This document shows, piece after piece, positions 10,001-22,000 of a DNA stretch of 64,000 bases. Source of the stretch: Macrostomum lignano. Lineage: Eukaryota. The translations under genes were made by a program, and so were the position numbers. Below the pieces are notes generated by a model. It did not search any database and was not told the DNA's origin. It saw only the letters and a list, made by a program, of their open reading frames with translations. Numbering within the stretch: position 1 is the first letter of the stretch; every line of letters starts with the position of its first letter. Where the stretch lies: positions 1 through 64,000 of the forward strand of contig NIVC01003077.1 of the NCBI GenBank assembly GCA_002269645.1, in the 5' to 3' direction.

Positions 10001-13000
10001 CGGCCAAAGAGCAATGGGATCGCGTGTGGCAGACGTCTCTAAGTCGAGCGCAGGATCAGCTGAGGTCCACGGAAGCGTTGGGGCAAATAGAAGTGAGTGC
10101 AGAAATGTGAACAACTGATGCTTCACTAAATATGCATTGATTTTAGTGCAATAATAATTTGTTTCGAAAGTCTCTGCTGAGCATCGACACACCAGAATGA
10201 ATAAAACCGTAGGCACAGAAGGATTGCTGCGTATCAGAGGGCTTCACATTGATGGGAGTTTTGCCTTTAGAATTCTTGGCACGGCTCCAGTTGCGTAAAC
10301 AGACAGTCAGATTTTCTTCTGCGTCAAACTGTTCCTAATCTTTTTTCTAGCTATTTCTGGCGCCAGTGACTGGTTGCTGCTGGTAAAGATGGCGCAAACC
10401 ACCGCACAAATTTGGACTCTCCCGTGACTGCATCGGGACATACGTATATTCAGCGGTTCAGCATTTTCCTCTCCCCGCACCTAGACAGGCAGCCCTCCAT
10501 CACAATCGTTAGTCACGCCGAGGCAGGCAGCAGCAGGGCATCCTTCCCCCCCTCTGCTAGAAGCCCTGCTGTCGGACTTCGATCGATAACCTCGAACCTT
10601 TGCTAAGCTGAACATCGCGGCATAGGCATTTTCCTAGTTCAAGGGATAGGGGCAGATAAGGCGATCGGGCTAGCAGGGGAGTGTAGTTCCGCATCTCCCA
10701 GTTTCCAGAAAATTCCATTCCACCAGCGCAAGGAATTTTCCTTGTACAAGCCAGTGCAAGCGAACCGACGCTATATTCGTCGAAGGCGGTTTTTTGCGTT
10801 TTAGTCAAAACAGAACTTAGCTGGAAGCGAATCGATGTAGACGGAGAGGAAGGAACAAATGGTGGCTCGGACCTTTCCACTGCTTCAAGCGATGGATCCA
10901 TTAATAATCCTTCCGGGGGGCCGCTTGGGCCTGGTCTATGCAGCTACACGAAGCGAGATATGCGCAAAAAAGCTGGCGTAATTTTCAATGCCATCCTATA
11001 GCCGATGTTTCGCTGAAATGCGGCATAGTCACGTTTTGTTCTATAAAGGTGCGATAGTCCAATGAAGCGGAAGCTGCAGTTCGGCTGACTAAAAGCTGCG
11101 AAAGAGTGGGGGGTACACAGGCACACAAGGGCTGGACACTGACTAAATTCTATTGGGACTACTGGTACGCGCTGGATGGGTCCGAGTTTAAATAGCATAG
11201 TAGACACCGCCGAAAAAAGAGAAATAGTATGGAATGGATGAATGACAATGGGCGGCGGAGGCGAGCACAATTAAGTGAGTTGTGCAGATAATTATTAACT
11301 CAGGACTGTGCTTGGCTGGTCAGTAGCGCACATTCTCTCTAGCTCATTCTCTTTCCATCTCTTTCCTCTGTTCTTCGAGTCTTCTTTAGTCAAAGTGTTT
11401 CAATGGACTAACATGTACAGTAAAGTGGCCATGCCTGAGCTGACCTGAGCACCTGCTCATGTGGTACTCATCGTACGAGTACTCAGCGTAGACAAGCAGT
11501 TATTTCGGCTTTTTAGAAAGCCGTAAGAATTTTTTTATAAAAAACGTCAAGTCAACATGCAATCGTCATCGGGGCCCAATTTTCAGTACGTTGAGCGAGA
11601 AGTCGATCAGGCAGTGCTGGAGCTTCGCCGAGCCCGCGACGCCATGCAGACGGAGCCATCGGAGAAAACACGAGACAGCCTGCAACTGCTAGAGAACCGA
11701 GTACCGGTACGGTTGCTGATCTACGCCTAGAGTTATGTAGAACAGAACAGAACAGAACAGAACAGAACAGAACAGAACAGAACAGAACAGAACAGAACAG
11801 AACAGAACAGAACAGAACAGAACAGAACAGAACAGAAAAGAACAGAACAGAACAGAACAGAACAGAACAGAACAGAACAGAACAGAACAGAACAGAACAG
11901 AACAGAACAGAACAGAACAGAACAGAACAGAACAGAACAGAACAGAACAGAACAGAACAGAACAGAACAGAACAGAGCAGAGCAGAACAGAACAGAGCAG
12001 AACAGAACACAACCGACCAGATCATGGTTTCAATGGTCTCAATTCCATGGTGTCAGTTGAATTTCTAATAAATTTTCGGACTTTTAGCAAAACTAACGAA
12101 AATTGTGAATTGCAGTATCTAAAAGATCAAGTCCGAGCATCCACTGAGCGTTCGGAGAGCCAGGTGACCATGGAGCGGGCCAATCAGTTAAAGAAAAAGT
12201 GGAGCCACTTTCTCATTGACTTGCAAGAGTTCCGCACCCAAGTCGATCTCAATCTCAGCTTCCGCGACTCGTCGAAAAAGGTTGAGACGCACATCAGTGA
12301 GCTTTGGTTCTTCCTGAAAAGTAAGCGTCAGCAGCTGGATCAGTCTCAAGATCCGATTGTTTTCGATCGTATTGAGAAGGAGCTGCAGGACCGGCTGAAT
12401 ACGGTGCCGCAGGAAATCGATCAGGAACTGAGAAACCTTAGCGAGTTGTCTTTCCAGCTGTATGGCTCCGCTGGACCGCAGCGGGTGCATCCGCTCACTG
12501 TGAAGGCCCAGGACTCTATCGGTGCGCTCAAGTCGCTGGATGACGAGTGCGTACAGAAGAACGAACACAGGCGCCAGTCGCAGGGTCCGCTTCAGGCGCC
12601 GGTCATCACTCAGCCGCTGCGCAACATCCAAGTAGAGGAGGGCTGCCCAGTTACACTCGAGGTGGCCTACAAGGAAGATTCTCGCTGCCAGACCGCCAGT
12701 CCGCAGTGGTTCAAAGATGGTATCACAGTTGACAGTCCTGACTACAAGACGCGCGCCTATCCGGGCCACGCCACCCTCACCATTGACGAGACATTTGCTG
12801 ATGACTCAGCCAAGTACACGTGCAAGGTGAGCAACCCCGCTGGCGCAGATGAAACTAGTGCCTACCTCAGCGTAGTCGAGACGCACCGAACTTTGGAACC
12901 GCCGGACTTTACCAAGCAACTTCGATCTGTGGATGTTCTTGAGGGAGAACCGCTAACGCTTGAGTGTCACGTGATTGGCGAGCCGTTTCCAAAGGTTCGC

Positions 13001-16000
13001 TGGTTTCGGAACGACATCAACCTGGACGCGTCGCCGGAGTACGTCATTACGCTAATTAACGGAGTATGCACGTTAAAGGCGCGCAGCATGCAGACAATAC
13101 ACGCGGGCCGGTATCTGTGCAAAGCAACGTCATCTGCTGGATCTGCATCTACAACTTGTCTAGTTGGCATCAAACAACTTCAACGCCCTGTCATCCTGCA
13201 GCAACTTCCGTCAACTGCCGTCGATGTTGGAGTTCCAGTGCGTTTGGAGACCAAGTTTGAGGCGATGCCGCCGCCTGAAGTATCTTGGCTGAAAGACGGT
13301 GTCCCAGTGTTTGACTCGCCGGGTCGCAAAATCAATATCGGAGCCAACGCAACCAGCCTATCGATAGACCGTGCCGAGCCCAGAGACCAGGGTCGCTATT
13401 CAGTGTCCGTGAGGAATCCGGCCGGACAGGCCCAAACTAGCGGCACTCTAAACGTCAGCGGACCCGAAGATCTCCACCGGCCAAGCCAGATGAAGAGACA
13501 GGCCCAGCCTCAGCTGGACGATTGGCAGCAGCCAAAGCTTGCGAAAAAGCAAAACTCTAAACCAGTATTTGTATCGCCTCTAAAGGATGTTACAGTGCCA
13601 GAAGGAGCGCCCGTGCGCCTTGATTGCTCCGTCACTGGTGTTCCTGATCCTTCTGTTGAGTGGTTTAAATCAGGCCGCTCTATAATGGAATCATCTGACT
13701 ATAAATTTTCTATTGAAGGCGACAAGGTGGTCTTGACAATACCGGAGGCCTTTTCAAATGACACGGCCGAGTACATGATCCGCGCGTTCAACGATTTCGG
13801 CTCCGCTGAGAGTCGCTGCAAAGTGAGGGTTCTGCCACCGATCACTAACGAATCAGCGCCCGTCGACGAATCTGTGGCGCCGACAAGAGCGAAAAAGCCG
13901 CAGCGAGAGCTCCGCATGCCACGAGATGAAGGCGCACCACCCGAATTTGTTCGCAAGCTGGCCGGTCAAAACTGCAGCGAGGGCGAGCCCTTAGAGATGT
14001 CAGTGCAAATCACGGGAAGTCCAGTGCCACAGGTGGTTTGGTTCAAGGATGGCAAGAAAATCGAACCATCGCCGGACTTCATTCTCGGAAACGACGGTGA
14101 GACAAGCTTCATGAAAATACCGGAAGTCTTTCAAGAGGACTCTGGTCGCTACGAAGTCGTCGCCACTAATCCGCACGGCACAGCTAAGTCTGGCGCAAAC
14201 CTGCGCGTCAGACCGTTGTCAACTGAGGGAATTAAGATCTCTCCGCAGATGTACGTGAATCAGTCGGCCCAGCAACCACCAGAATTTACTAAACTGTTCC
14301 GCGATCAGACGGCTAAAACATCAGAACCAATCACCATCTCATGCGAAGTAACCGGCATTCCGGAGCCCATTGTCCGCTGGACATTCAACGGTCAGCCAGT
14401 TAAGCCAAGCCAAGCACGCATAACAGTGCAGGGCAATAAGCATAGCCTGAGCATTCCCTCTATCGATAGCAGCCACGCCGGCAGGTACGCAGCCACAGCG
14501 GAAAATCCTCACGGTCGAGCCACCTGTGCCGCGCTGCTTGTAGTGGAGGATGCAAAGGAAAATCGTTACTTTCCAAGGACTACCTACGAGACTGCCACCC
14601 ACGTGATTAGCAAAAAGTATTCAGCTTCAGCGGAACACCTGCAGCAGATGCGAGTTGTGCCCGCGATTCCATGGCGACCGGCCAGTCCAAGGTAAATCAA
14701 AGGGTATTTTACAACTTTTACATTTAACTGCCCTTAAATGTTTAATTATTTTAACATTTTATTCACATACATCCGCTCGATTCCGCAGGTCGCATTCATC
14801 CTACTACAAGACAGAACTGACTGGAAGCACTTTTGCTCCCGTCGACCTGACATTCAGCATGCCGATTCCGCCTGAGTTTATCCAGCCAATCAAGTCTGTG
14901 ACTGCTAAAGAAGGGGCGAGGGTTGAATTCGACGGATTCCTAGTTGGCAAGCCGGAGCCCACTGTTCGATGGTTCCGCGGTGGCCGAGAGTTGCACGACA
15001 GTCCCGACTTTGAAATCAAGTTCAAGGACGGTCGGGTTACCCTATCAATACCAGAAGCATTCCCGGAAGATCAGGGAACCTACACCTGCGAGGCGTCGAA
15101 CAAGGGAGGGCAGACGTCTTCTTCGGCTGAACTAGTCATTCGCGCCAGGACTCTCGCTCCTGTTTTCCTAAAAGGACTCGAGAGCCAGCAGGTTTTCGAG
15201 GGCCAACCTGTTCACTTCGTTGTGAAGGTCGGGGGTGACGATTCAACACGAGTGTCTTGGTACCGAGACGGCAGCAAAATTGAGAGTTCACCAGACTTCA
15301 CAATCGAGCAGATAGGCGACCTTCACACGCTGAAGATTCCGGAGTGCTTCACTGAAGACAGCGGCCGTTACACAGTGACGGCAACTAATGAAAGCGGAGA
15401 GGTTGTGTCATCGGCCACTCTCACTGTTAAGGAAGTGACGGGAACTGCCGAGGGACCTCCCGTAACAAAGCGAAAGAAAACTACCGGACTAGAATACCAG
15501 TATCAAACCGACCATCCACAGTATCCTGTCGCACCAAAGGTGGCCGAGGAGTCTGTTTCGATAGCCACTATCCAACCAGCAGCTCAGCGACCCCAACAGC
15601 TGCCACCGAGATTCACGCAACGTCTTATGCCGGCCTATTCGGCTAATGAGGGTGACAAGCTTACCCTTAATGTTCAATTCGAGGGCAAGCCTGCACCATC
15701 TGTGAGTTGGTTCAAGAATGGAGCTGCAATTTTAGAATCATCTGACTACACCGTTGTTACCAGCGAGTTCGAATCTCGACTAACAATTCCGGAAGTCTTC
15801 CCCGAAGACTCGGGCAGCTATGCGTGCTCAGTTGAAAACCCTGCTGGCAGCGATGCTTGCGAGTCTAGCTTAGCTGTTCAGCCAAAGCCGCCTTCACAGG
15901 AGCCGCCGACTTTTGTGCGACCTCTTCGTCCAGCGCACCTGCATACTGGAGAGCGGGCAAATTTCCAGGTAGAATTTACTGGCAAGCCAAGACCAAGCGT

Positions 16001-19000
16001 CGAGTGGTACCTTAGCGGCCGTCAGTTACACAACTCCCCGGCCTGTCAAATTGGCGTTGTTGGACAGAAATCGACACTTGAGATACCCAGAATCGACGAG
16101 TCATTTGCTGGGTTGCTGGAGTGCATTTTGCATAATCCGGCGGGTTCACGGTCTACTGAAGCCCCAATCACCGTTGAGCCCTCAGAGATTCCAGCTAAGT
16201 TTACACAGCGCCTGGCTCCTGAATACAGCAAGCTAGAAGGTGACAGCCTGCGCATGACAGTTCGCTTTACTGGCGATCCAGCACCTTCGATTTCCTGGTT
16301 CAAGGATGGCCAGCCCCTGGAGAGCTCACCGGACATTCAGGTGCAAATTGGCCGGGGAGAGTCGAGCATTTTCATTCCCGAAGCTTTCGCCGAGGATTCT
16401 GGAGAGTTCTCCTGCACAGTGGAGAACTCCACTGGACGGGAGACTTGCGTGGCCGAGCTGAACGTGCTCGATGCGGCCAGGCCAGACGAGACTGCACCCG
16501 CTGAGGAGCAGCCCAGGTTCACTAAGAAGCTTTTCCCGATCAGTGTAGACGAAGGCCAAAGAGCTGTCTTCGAGGTTACAGTCGCGGGCAATCCGGCACC
16601 AACTGTCGCCTGGTACAAGGATGGAGTCCGCGTCAGCAGTTCAAGCGACGCCGATGGTCGACGCATTCAAGTTAGTCAAACAGGCGGCACTGCTACCCTA
16701 GTCATCAGCTCGGCTGTGGAGTCAGATAGCGGCGTAGTTGCCTGCGTAGCTGAGAATCCTCTTGGCCGGGAGACTACCGATGTATCGCTGCGTGTAAACC
16801 CTGCAATGCGCCCACCGAGATTCCTTGGCGGCCTCGAGCCTCAACTGTCCGCCAACACCGGCGAGGACGTTGTTCTTAGCGTTCGCTTCGACGGCCGGCC
16901 AGTGCCGCGCGTTACCTGGCTGCGAAATGGTGCACCGATTCCGGAAGGCCCACACGCTCGCATGGAGGAGTTCGGCAATCAAGCGACAATCATGCTGACT
17001 GCATGCCAGCCTGAGCAGAGCGGTCTCATTGCCTGCGTTCTGCACAATCCTGCCGGTACCGAACGCTGCGAGTCCCTTCTAACTGTTAAACCTAAGCAGG
17101 TGGTTCCGACTTTCAAGCGGCGTCTGCAGCCAGTCAGCGTCAAGGAGGGCGAAAAAGCCATTTTTATCGTAGAGGTCGCGGGCGAGCCAAAACCTGAAGT
17201 GCTTTGGAAGCGCGAGAACCTGCCGATAGAAAGCTCTACAGATTTTCAAATAGCCGCTGTTGGCACTGTGCACTCGCTGACTATACCGGAGTGCTTCCCA
17301 GAGGACGCTGGACTGTTTGCCTGCCAAATCAAGAATGCCGCGGGATCCGACTCCTGCACTGCGCATCTAACTGTCGAACCAAAACGTATGTATCAGATGT
17401 TTATTGTTTTTCTGTCATTCACTGTAACACTCTACAGTAATGCATCTAGTTTTTGCTATCTCTCAAATTACTTCAGCCGAGATGAAACAACAGAAGCCGC
17501 AACTGCTGAAGCCTCCGCGGAATGTCACTGTCGACGAAGGCCAACCGGCAGCTTTCGTTGCCGAGTTCAGCGGCACGCCAGAGCCGCAGGCCGTCTGGCT
17601 TCGAGAGGGCGCGCCAATTGAGGCGTCGCCAGATTTTTTTATTGAAGCGCCTCGACCCGGCTGCAGCGTGTTGCGCATCCCAGAGTGCTTCTCTGAAGAC
17701 GCCGGAGCCTTCCAGCTGGCCCTGCAGAATAGCGAGGGCCGAACAGTGTGCGATGTGACGCTTACCGTACTAGCCAAAGGTGAGACTTTAGCTGTCAAAG
17801 CGTGGAATTTTTCGGCTTTTGGGTGTCTTAAATAGTATCCTGAATATACCCCCGCTTCTCCTTGCCGTCCACGATTTGCAGCTCCAACACCACCGCCGGC
17901 GCCGCCTCCACCACCGCCACCGCCGCAGCAGCCGATTCTGCCAGCCGGCGCGGCTAAGCCGCAGTTCGAGCGACCCGCCCGCAATGCGTGCTTGATGGAA
18001 GGCCAGCCGACGCAGCTGGACGCCCGCGTCTTCGGCCGGCCGGCGCCGAGTGTGCGCTGGTTGAAGAACGGTCACCCGGTGCGTGACAGCTCCCGAGTTC
18101 AGAGCAGCTACAATGCTGACACTGGGGAAGCCGTAATCTACATCTCAATGTGCCTGCCGGAGGATGCTGGAACCTACGCCTGTCAGGCAATCAATCCCGC
18201 CGGCACTGAATCTTGCACCGCCCAGCTGCTGGAGCCCGCCTCCTATCATGCCTGGCTGCAGACCGAGCAGGCGCGACAGGCCAAGGAGGCGGAAGTGGCC
18301 CAGAAGAGGTCGCTAGTGAGTGAACTTGAGTCCAGGTTTACTGCGCCACCAGCGGCCAGGCGCCGCTCCAGCCAGGCGAGCGCTGACGAGCCCGACACAG
18401 GCGCCGTGTCTGCGCCGTTCAATCTGAGCAGCTTCGAGCGCTCCCTGCTGTCCGGGCCAGCTTGGACCGATGATCAAGATCAGCAACTGCGACCTTCGGC
18501 TCGAATGGTGAAGCCAACATTTGTTGAACGCTTGCTAGACCAGCGGCTGAAGGAGAACACTGAGACTGTGTTCTACTGCCGAGTTTGGGGCGACCCGATG
18601 CCCCGGGTCAAGTGGTTCTGGAACGGCAAGGTTGTCAAACGCAACGAGCACGTCTGGTTTGGCCTAGACGAATACGGTATTGCTCAGCTGCGCATCCAGA
18701 GCACAAGACATCAAGACCGCGGCTTCTACACCGCCTGCGCCTACAATCCCGTCGGCAGAGACGTCAGCTCCGCTCAATTGTCCGTCGAGACCACTGGCGA
18801 GATCGTTTTGGATAGCTATGTCAGCGAAGATACGCTGAAGGAACTGGCCCGCCTTCGCCGAGAAAAGAAGAAGGACTATGGAGAGTCTGGCATTGACGAA
18901 AAGCTCTACCGGCCGCACTTCAAGTCGGTCCCCTCCGACTGCGAAGCCCGAGAAGGCGCAGTTCTCCGTCTGGACTCAATCGTAAGCGGTCGGCCCATCC

Positions 19001-22000
19001 CGGAGATGCTCTGGTTCCGCGACTCTGTCAAGGTCAACGAGGATGACCTGCACAAAATAGTGATTAACGAAGAAGGCATTCACTCGCTGATATTCAACAG
19101 TCTGGTAGCGGCAGACTCCGGTGAGTACCTGTGCATCGCTCGCAACCGGGCTGGCGAGGACCGGTTCCAGGTATGCGTCAACGTCAAGCCGCGAGAGCAC
19201 GCCAGTGTGCCGCGATTTGTCCAGAAAATCTCTACGCTAACGGTTAACGAAGGCGAACCAGTTGAGTTCCACTGCGCTGTTGAAGGGGCGCCTCAGCCGT
19301 TGCTGTCCTGGCAAAAAGACGGCCGTATGATCAATCCGGAGCAGTGCGAGCGCTACCAGATCGCCGTGGTTGGCCTGACCACCTCATTGACTATTCCGAT
19401 TGTCGAGCTGTCCGACGCGGCCTGGTTCCAGTGCACCGCGGCCAACATCGCGGGTACAGCGTGCTCCCGGGCCAAGCTGAACGTGCTGCCGGTGCTGAAG
19501 GCGCCGGAGCCCGAGCGCAAACTGGTGATCACCAAGGCCAGCAGTACGCCCCGCCGCCCGGAGCCGGAGCAGCAGCCCGAATGGATCTCCACAAGGCGCA
19601 TTGACGCGTAAGTAGCTTGCATCCAGGTACTTCTGAGGGACAGAGTACCTCGGCATTGAAACGCCAACGGTATTAAATCCTCAAACTAATACATTTACAC
19701 AAACAACCAACAGTACAATGGAGTCGCAGCCGCCGGCGGAGACAGAGAACTACGCCCCGACATTCACGAAGAAGCCGGCCCAGATCAAGGTTGCTCAGGG
19801 CGGCACGGCGAAGTTCATGACCCGAGTGGCTGGCAACCCGATGCCCGAAGTCACCTGGATTCTGAATGGAAATCAAATTGAGACGGTGAGTGAGCTTGCA
19901 GAGTTTTTATTTGGAGATTCAAGTCGAAACTCATTAGCTACTTTGAGTAGCCATCGGAAAATTAAAGTAAATCGTGCAATTTTTTTTATCAAACCTTTCA
20001 AAAAATCTACCGGTGTCCCACATATAATGATAATAATAAACTCAGGAGGGCTTTGGGGCACCCTGGCGCTACGACTTCAGCGACATCGTACAACAGTCCC
20101 AGCGCTGAGGCAATTCTGCCCATTCCGCTGACTTCTGAGCACATTCAATAATGTACGCAGGCACGCACTCATACACAGGCTCATGCAGGGTTTACAGCAG
20201 CCCTTTGAATTTCTAATGTACACTCTCCGAGCCTTGGGGGTTGGCCCTTCGTGTGTATGAATCGCGAAAAATCCCCGCCCGACGCACGACGGAATCGAAC
20301 CAAGGGTCGTGGTGCAAGAGTCAGACGCGTTTTCCTCTGCTCTGCCCCCACTGGAGACCCCCACAAGTAGGAAGCGATGTTCCGGCGAAATTTCTTTCCT
20401 TGGATCCTACTGCGAAATCGGTTTCAAGAGAACAAAACAGTACATGTACATCGAGTGTCGCTGGTCTCCATCGATTGATAGATTCTAAATGAAATATGGT
20501 CGATTTGGAGCTTAAAATCACTATTTGCGGTTGCAATATCTTACCAATTTTGTCACCAAATCGCACTGCAGACAAGTCGATTCCGAGTGTGGTTCGACGG
20601 CATGATGCACAACCTGGAGGTGTCTCGAGCCGAGCCCGAAGATACGGGCGTTGTTGAAGTGGTCGCTATCAACGATCTAGGCGAAGTCAGGTGCTCGACC
20701 GCGCTCACGGTGGAGCCAGCAGCTGATTGGAGATCTCAGCTTAAGCCGCTGCAGGGTAAGCTGCTTGCAACTGGCTTTATTATGCTTCTCACGTCTCTCT
20801 CGCCATCTCAACTCTTCTCTCTCACTTCTCACCTTTCCCATCTCAAATCTAATATCTTATTTCTCCGATCTCACTTGTCCAATCTCGTTTTTCAACCTCA
20901 TTTCTCAAAAATTGGTCAGAGCAGAAAGCTACATTCACCCCCCCCCCCCGGGTATTAGGGGCGGTGGATTCGTTATCACCCAAAAAGGCAGATACTCTTC
21001 AACAGCCCTAAAAAGCAGTTTTACCAAAGAATGAGCAGTGGAAGAGGAAAATATTGTTTAGGGCTCAGTTTACTGCGGCCTTTTTGCTGCCACACCCAGT
21101 CGGCGCTTGTCTTTTCCTCGTCTCGGCACTGCACTGTCTCTGCGATATCGAGACACGAAGAGAGAGAGAGAGAGAGAGAGAGCCCTCAGCATCTCAATCT
21201 GCATCGCTCTGGCCAAGATATTGGGCGTGGTCTATGCGCCAGTGAGAGAGAGAGAGAGAGAGAGGTCAGGGTGGCATCTCTCTGCGATTGAGTCATTTAT
21301 CCTACCTATCAGTCTCTGATTTTCTGCCTCTAATGTTCTACCTGTCCACCTTCTTACTCTCCACCTCTCCACCTGTCCATCTTCTTACTCTCCACCTGTC
21401 CATCAATTCTTACTCTCCACCTGTCCATCAATTCTTACTCTCTACCTGTACATCTTCTTACTTTCTACCTGTCCATCAATTCTTACTTTCTACCTGTCCA
21501 TCTTCTTACTCTCTACCTGTCCACCTTCTTACTCTCCACCTGTCCATCAATTCTTACTCTCTACCTGTCCACCTTCTTACTCTCCACCTGTCCACCTGTC
21601 CATCTTCTTATTCTCTACCTGTCACCTTCTTACTCTCTACCTGTCACCTTCTTACTCTCCACCTCCACCTGTCCATCAATTTTTCTCTCTACCTGTCCAC
21701 CTTCTTACTCTCCACCTGTCCACCTGTCCATCTTCTTACTCTCCACCTGTCCAACTTCTTATTCTCTACCCGTCCGTCTTCTTTGTCCCTTTTTATGATT
21801 AACTTCCAACTTGTTGACATGCCCTAAATTTCTCCCCAGCTAAGCTGCAACATCCTCAAAGTTTATATTCCCAGTTCCAATTTCTGTTTTGTTTATCACC
21901 TCCACAGCTGTCCAGGCATGCTGGTCTTATTTCTTGAATATCCCACGCAGTCCAGACGGATAGCAATTAGCTATCCGTCTGGACTGCTTTACCTGCTGTT

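Noticed and set aside
10351-10420. Acceptor-like ttttctag followed by [10 protein letters not shown] as a possible titin exon
   Set aside because: Phase does not fit exon 5, and exon 5 joins exon 6 directly in frame (GQIE-YVERE).
11552-12025. (CSVLF)n ORFs
   Set aside because: Translations of the (AGAAC)n microsatellite.
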